Of a stretch of DNA of 64,000 nt, positions 56,654 through 64,000 are shown one piece after another (position 1 is the stretch's first letter; each line of letters begins with the position of its first letter). The DNA comes from Trichinella spiralis (lineage: Eukaryota). Under the pieces are notes generated by a model. The model had not been told where the DNA came from. It made no database searches and saw only the letters and a program-made list of their open reading frames with translations. Both the position numbers and the translations under genes were made by a program. The stretch spans positions 3,300,609 through 3,364,608 of the forward strand of contig NW_003526943.1 in NCBI RefSeq assembly GCF_000181795.1, in the 5' to 3' direction.

Positions 56654-59600
56654 AGAAGCGCGTTTTCTTCTTCTTCCTTGTGACCTTGGACAAAAACAAC
56701 AAATGAATCGAATTCATCTTATGCATCATCATCATCATCACGTCACGGTAAAAATATGTATTTTTTTAAAATTATTATGTGAAATATTTTTCAAAATTTT
56801 TGTTTTTTTTCGAACGATGAATAATAGTTAATAATTGTTGCCGGCGGAAGAGGAACAATTGCACAATTGGTTCACAATAGTAATAGTAATAGTAATAAAA
56901 TGCTGTTCGCGAAATGGTTTGTTTAATCGTTTAATGCAACTGTTCCGATCAATAGAAAATGGTGAATTGAAACGCATTTCGTTCAAATGAGACAATAAAT
57001 TGTTCGTCTTTTGATCGGCCGCCATTTTAATGTCCACTTGCATTGGTCGACAAGAGCGTTTGGAGGCGTTGTTTAACAGCAACGAATTTACATTCTAGCA
57101 AACAACATTGCCGTATAAAAATAGAAAAATATATTTGACGACGAAAATTTAACGAATAATAAAATTATTACAACGAACGAACGCCCTGGTGAAAAGTTGT
57201 CGCTGCTGTTAAAAGTTTTGTGGAACATTTGCACATTTTTCACTCGAAGACTCTGTCACACGGTGTTCATCAGTGGCAGGCAGTATAATTTGGCAAAATT
57301 GACTTTTGTTATTTCGATTTCAATGCATCCATCACCGTTGAACAGTTTCATAAATTTCCCTACAGTGATTTATTGTTGACAGCTTGCGGATGACAACTGG
57401 CGGCATTTGCACAAAGTGGATGAACAATTTTTCAATTATCAAAAGCAAAAATCCATCCATAAATCGGCACACAAAATTGATTTGTTACTAAAAATAAAAT
57501 AAATTTCAAAGTACCTGTTTATGTATGCATAAATTAAAATTTTATGATTACGAAAAAAAAAATTAGAACAACAACAACAACAGAACGCGAGTTGGAAAAT
57601 TAATTTTCCTCCACTTTCAATCAATCAATCAAAAATAAGCAAACATTTGTTTTTTTAAATTGTTTATTAGAAAATGCCAACCAGAAGGCCATCATCAAAA
57701 GTGGATAACAGCTTCGGGCAGGTGCCGTGACGGTTCGACTTCGAGCGTCCTCAGTTGACAAATTGGCTCGTTATGCACTGATTGAAAGACCCCTACCCGC
57801 CACTGCTACTACTACTGTTTGTTGTTGTTGACGGAAGGCCCGCCATTTTGTTTTTTTTTCTTTCTCTCTACATTTTTCTTACACGCGTACTTTTTTTTTT
57901 CAATCATAGCATAAAATTGAACGTATGAAAAAATAATAATAATAATTCTGTATTACAGAATTGTATAAATGGGGGAGAAAAATTTTATATCAGTAAATTT
58001 CTTCTCGAAACCAAATTTTCATTACAAACAATGAAAAAAGCATATATTTATTGTTTGTCCGTCTTTGAACAACCAGACAGACGTGAAAATATTAACGGCC
58101 AGCTCAATGACAAATCGCTTTTTGAAAGTGATTCATCATTTTCCACTGCACCGACGGCAAAACGTCTTTGATATATATATACTTGGATTGATGAGAAAAT
58201 TATTTCACGATGAATTGTAATTTATTTTTTTCTTCTTTCAAAATTAATTACATCCACATATATTGCACAATCCAGTAGATTTTTTTTTAAATTTAAAACT
58301 TTAAACTGGAGAAAGTGAACTGCACCAAACCAATGCGTTTGAAAATTTTGAAATGACAAAAATTAATTGATGATGAATGTTTCTTCTTTTCATATTGCAA
58401 TCTTTAAAATTTACTGTACAAATGACACTGCATTAGAAAAAATACAAAGTTAATAAACTAATTTCAATTTTATTTAAAATGTTAATTTACTCTATAATTG
58501 CAGAACGTTTTGCTAATTTTTGTAAAAGGAATTTTAACGATTTTTTTCATTTCACTTTATGCATTGCTGAATATTAAACGTTTTTGAAGTTTGCAATGAA
58601 CTTTACAATATTGAGTAAATTTGTTTCAAATGCGGTTTCATCCTGCATGCACGTATTTTGTTTCTTTGTGAAAATTTCTACTGTTTTTGTTTTTTGCCGA
58701 ATCTGTATTTCCTATTGTTGAACATTTTAAATGGATTATTAATGTAAACGAGCTACTATTCAAATGAATAACTTTGGAACACTTTTTTTTTATCAGCATT
58801 ATAAAAAAATCAAATTTTTATTATAATCTTAAGAATTGCAAGGACACTCTCTACGAACAGAAACTCGATGAAACAGTCTCGAACGTAATTTTCACCCTTT
58901 GCATTGAACAATATACTTTTGCTTTTCTAAATATTATTCACTTAATGTATGAATAGTTTTTTTTTAATTTATTCATGCGTAAATTTTCACTGCTTTGTGA
59001 GAAGAATATTTTTAATATAACTAAATTACTGATGATGCATAATTTTTTACAAGAGAACGAAAATATTCATATTACGCTAGTGCAAAGAAAAAAGAAGCGG
59101 TGCAATAAACGAACGTTAAATTAATTTCAGCCGAATTGCCATTTCAAAAGCTGATGGCAACTGCCAGCTTGCATATGCGCAAGAAGATCAACGTTATCAG
59201 TAAAATCTTAATGCGCCCATTGCAAGCAACAGTTTTATCTCAAAGAGTTGGAAAAAAACTTTTAACGTCATTGATAAATATCTGCCTTCTTAACGTAAAG
59301 TTCATTTTCAATTTTGCTCTTGATGTTTGCGATCAAAAAGTGCATATCTGATTTTAAGATAGCTCAAAAATGAAAATGCTCCAATTTGAAACACTGAAAT
59401 TATGAAACAGTTATTATTGCTACTTGTGAAACGTTTTTCAAAAATTTATTATACCTTTGTAATGCTTAGCGATTAAGATACAATTTTATAAAATATTTCA
59501 CTGACTAAGATGATCATCGTAAATTAAAATTGCTTTTAAAATCACATACACTAATAGATGAGATAAATTCATCACTGGAGTAGTGTATTTAAATTTTTAC

Positions 59601-60249
59601 TTTTTGTGTGCCATTCATTTAATGCTAAATTTCTTCATTCTTTTTCATTATTTAGTTTGAAATGGGTAAATCAAAAAGGACATGTAACTTAAGATGATCA
59701 AAAGGGAGAAGCGCATTTAAAACAGTTTTGCATCAAATATAATTGTTATGAGCGTAATCGCTTGACCTAAATGGTAGCAGTAGACTACAGTAATTGTTTC
59801 TGCTGTTAACATGACTCCTTTATCATGATTAATAGACGTTCCAACAATGTCTATTCAATCACATTGAATGATGCAATTACCTCAAAGCAAAATGAACTGT
59901 TTCTCAAACACAATAATCAAAAAAAGCTACTGCAGCTTCATTTGTCATAAAACAACTATAATACACGCAAAATACGAACATTCCTCCCTGTATTAATTTA
60001 TCTTTTGCATTTTCTATTTTTATGTTACAGTATCTATTATTAATTCTCAAGCTTAACTAGTGTATATTTCGTGAGTAAAATTATGAACTTGACTTTTTAA
60101 ATTTCCTTAATTTTTTACATAACTGAACTCTACATCCAATTTAATTTAATTTTCAAAATATATATTTTTTTATTAATTTATATCATTAAAAACAGTTTTT
60201 AGAACTTATCGTATAATGCAGTTTTATTGATGATTAAAAGTAACAGGAT

Positions 60250-61000
60250 CGTTGGAAATTATTCGGCAGTGAACCTGGTGGCCTGTACTTGAACGCAAGT
60301 TACGGTGCTTACTGTACAATGAGGAAGTAATGGCTGAGTTGGCGAGGAAATGCGCGTGTTATTTGAGTGATTGTGCCAGTGTGTAACGCTCTGTTTCGTG
60401 TGTATTGTGTTATGGCTTATCATTGCACCTTTGATTCTGTTCCTAAGCCTTCATCTTCTGTAACAAGCCGCTCCTTCGAGCAGGCTCGTTCACTTCCTCC
60501 ACCGTATTATTGGCGCGGTTGTCGCTATTCTGCGACGGGCCGGTATTGACCGGCGGGTTTCCCTTTCTTTCTGATTCGCGCTTTCCTGATGGCATAGTAG
60601 CAATCAAACAACAGGCAGTAAGTATATTTTTTATTTGCAACCGCGAGCAAGAACCGACGACGATGTGTTACCACAAACTTCTCCGACAGCACGACGAAAA
60701 CTCCGCACACGTACGTCTGTACTATCGTACTCCACCTCCGATCTTCAAGTCCAAGTCTTCTTACGGTAGCTCCACTTTTCTTCCGCTTCGTTGTCTGGAG
60801 GAATAGAGTTGTTGGCTCGGTCCGCATCCGCTACACTTCGCTTTGTAAAGTCATTTTCCAGCGATTTGTCTTGCTTTCTCTAACGTTCGGAAACGAACGT
60901 AGCTCGGATTGCGGTTAGGTAATCATTGTTGATTTGACCGGCCGCCGAATAAAAATTACAGTCTACTAGCTTACAAGCGACAACGGTTTTGTCGCTAACA
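60250..61000 (+). repeat. 5' LTR of BEL/Pao element (~750 bp)
   Basis: GC shift begins at (C)GTTGG (60250; canonical TG start mutated), AATAAA at ~60948, ends TAACA (61000). It is followed by the tRNA-Tyr-type PBS TTGTCTTCCGAGCCGGAG (61004-61021). Confidence 0.7.
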
Positions 61001-63890
61001 TTCTTGTCTTCCGAGCCGGAGAAGTAGGTTCTGCCGAAGTCGAACCTTCAGGAAGTAGGGCTAGTGGTGTCGAGAATGAGAGTTTCGCCAATGAAGAAAA
61101 GGGTCGAAATCCGCCGTTCGACTTTGAAAGTGAGGATGGAGGAATTGGAACTCCTCTGGAAAGAAAACGCTTTTTATTTGGAACTTCACTTATATCTGCA
61201 AGAGGCATTGACTCTCTATGGGCAATTGGACGCTCTCCAATTGGAATTTGAAGAAGAACTCGAAGCGGAAGACTCAGAGATCGAAAGGCAGATTTGGACA
61301 GGTCTAAGAAACCGTTTCCTGAGCTTGCGAGCGCAAGTGGAATCGTCCATGGCCGTCAAGGAACCGACGGATTCGGTTGGCCGTGAAGACAGAAAGGTTC
61401 GCCTGCCACGTTTCGAACATCCGAAGTTCGATGATGACGTGTGTTCTGGGATCAGTTTGAAGTTAGCGTCCACCAACAGGTGGATCTGTCTAACGCGACG
61501 AAGTTCACCTATCTTCGTGGTTGTCCGACCGGCGTAGCGTTGGATGCGTTACGAGGTCTGTCGGCAGCAAACCAGGGGTATGAGCTCGGGGTGCAGCGGC
61601 TCAAGGAGCGTTTTGATCGCCCTCAGGTGGCAGTTCGAGAGCACATCCTCAGATTTTTCCACAACTTGAGCAGGACTTCTGATCTCTCGGACATTTGTGA
61701 TGAATGTCATAAGAGGGTGTGCTCCTTGACGACTCTGGCAACGGCGGCCTTTCGGTGGCGGATGTTATGATCACAACCGCGCGCGAACGACTTCCGAACT
61801 TAGTTCGTATTCAGTGGGACAAGTTGACCATGGAGGATGGTAGCTTGGTAGCGGACCTAACCGTCTTCCTGCGGTTCCTTCAGGAGCAGTTTGAGCTCTC
61901 TGATACCGCGAGAAGAACGAAAGATCTGAGATTGGAAGAGAAGCGGTCGATATGTGCATTGGAGAAGCCGAGAAGTTATAGTAAGAGAAGAGGCTGTGAC
62001 CTTTTTCCATTCCGCGGTAGAAGTCGTCTGCGGTTTCTGTCAGAAGCAGCACACGCTTGCGGAGTGCGCGAGATTGAGACAGGCGAGTCGCCAGAAGCAG
62101 CGGGAGATAGCAACCCGCTATCGGCTTTTTCTGCTTCAAACCAGGGCACTTCTCCTCGGCCTGCAAGAGTAATCGTCGCAGGAAGAGTCCGTCTCCGAGG
62201 GACAACAATTCGGTTGTGCCTATCGATGCCGCGACTTCAGAGAGAGTGCAGGAGATCCCCATGGCTGAGTACAAGTCATTCGCCGTTTTGGTGATGCACG
62301 CCAACCTGACTTCAGAGAAGCTGCGAAAGATCAACCGTTTTCAGAGGATTAAGACAATGGCCTACAGTGCTGTGGGTCCTGGAATGACCGTGACGTACCT
62401 GTTGGACACAGGGGCAGAATACTCGTTCGTCAGGGAAGATGCTGCGTCAACACTGGGCGTGTTCAGAGAAATGCAGCTAGTGATGGTTGAAGGGTTCGGT
62501 GGTGCAACCCACGAGCATCCCAGTTCCCAGGTGGTGCAATTTTGGCTGTCTGACTTGACGGCAGCCAGAGTACAGAGCGCTATCCTCTGGAGGCGCTGAC
62601 CGTGCTGAGTCTCTGCTATCGAATTCCGGATTCGAAGATCCCGACGAGCGAGTGGGAGCACTTGCAATTCTTGGATCTGATCCTCGATGACGAATAGTCT
62701 GACGAAGTACACGTCGTGATTGGCATCGACTATTACTATCGATTCTTAGGAGACGCGATCCGAAGAGGAAGGCCAGGTGATCCGGTTGCCGTGGAAACTG
62801 TTCTGGGGTGGATTATCTGCGGTCCAGTGAATCCTCACCCAGCGCCCAAGACAGTTGCTGCATTCAGCGCTGTGGTGGAGCCGAAAGTCGAAGACTTGCT
62901 CCGAAGCTTCTGGGAGATTGAAGGGATGGGCGTCCCTTTCAGAAGCGAGTCACATGAAGTCGAATTGCAGTGGCGAGTTTGGAAGTTAGAGCTTAACGAG
63001 TTGCACTGCATCGCTATGTCCAGGGCGTATTTCCCGTTCTTACCGGCAGAAGCGAGCCGTTTAGAGCTCCATGGGTTTGGTGACGCCTCTGAAGCGGCGT
63101 ACGCTGCAGTGGTGTACTTGAGGGCGGTGAAAACCCCAGATGACGTCCAGGTGAGTATCGTGATACCGAAATCCAGAGTGGCGCCGCTGAAGAAGTTGAG
63201 CACTCCTCGGCTAGAGCTGATGGCTGCTCTTCCTTGTGCCTGACTGGTCTGTTACGTGAGAAAAGAGCTGGCATTGGACGTGGAAGCATGTCATTGTTGG
63301 AGTGACAACAAGGTGACGGTCTCACCGCCGCAGGATGTGGCCAATGTCATCAATCCGAGTAGGTATTCCAGTTCTGAGAGGTTGATCCGAGTGACCGCAT
63401 GGTGCCGACGTTTTCGGCATAGTACGACCCTGCCTGCAAGCTCAAGAAAAACAGGAACTGGGTTGACGTTGGACGAGTTGAAGGAAGCTGAGAGAATTTG
63501 GATCCGGCAAGAGCAGATCCACGCCTTCAGCTCGAGAGAGTTGCTGGATAAAGCGATGACGAAGATGTTGTGCGGTCTCAACCCTTTTCTGGATGAGTTC
63601 GGAGTCTTGAGAGTAGGTGGACGTCTTGGCAGAGCTCAGTTGGAAGAGGAAACCAAATTCCCAGCTCTGCTCCCTCGAAAAGGGATGATCGTGGATTTGC
63701 TAATCAGACGGGAGCACAATCGACAGTTACATGCCGGTGTGGCTCTTGGAAAACGCTGGGCCTCTTGGAACCCGCAGGCGGATGAGCGCCTCATTGACGA
63801 GCTGACCTACGACCAGCGGTTCGAGTTGAGATCGTGACTGCTGCAGTGAGCGGTGCCGTCGTCGCACGCGGTTATCCGGCGGATTGCCAT
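60250..63890 (+). mobile_element. BEL/Pao LTR retrotransposon, internally deleted and frameshifted
   Basis: Gag (VRLPRFEHPKFD, FWDQFE..VH..KFTYLR, CGFCQKQHTLAEC), protease LLDTGAEYSFV, IGIDYY..TVLGWII, RNase H ELHGFGDASEAAYAAVVY..STPRLELMAA, and LNPFLDEFGVLRVGGRL..H...HAG. RT core, integrase core and 3' LTR were not seen. Confidence 0.9.
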
Positions 63891-64000
63891 ATACCGATAT
63901 ATATTTTTTTCATTCTCAATCTAATTCTAAAGTTTATAAAATGTATTTCACACTAAATAGCTGAGGTTGAAATATGTTGTTGATGGATCTTCAGATTAAC

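Overview
AT-rich eukaryotic genomic DNA with short GT-AG introns and TTTCAG acceptors, most likely a clade I nematode such as Trichinella (inference). Left half, in order: last exon of NHP2; two tandem paralogous small secreted-protein genes (recovered only by splicing); an intronless symplekin; a BEL/Pao relic; a multi-exon myotubularin; a transposon pile-up (possible solo LTR, tRNA-Tyr half, piggyBac A, hAT/Buster, piggyBac B with an intact spliced transposase); and Vps34. Right half: the anterior end of a Hox cluster. A caudal/Cdx (ParaHox) gene lies tail-to-tail about 5 kb from labial/Hox1, followed by Hox3 with no Hox2 between them, a miR-993 hairpin on the opposite strand, and a deleted BEL/Pao LTR element. 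Gene models were built by manual translation and splice-phase checking; no database searches were run.
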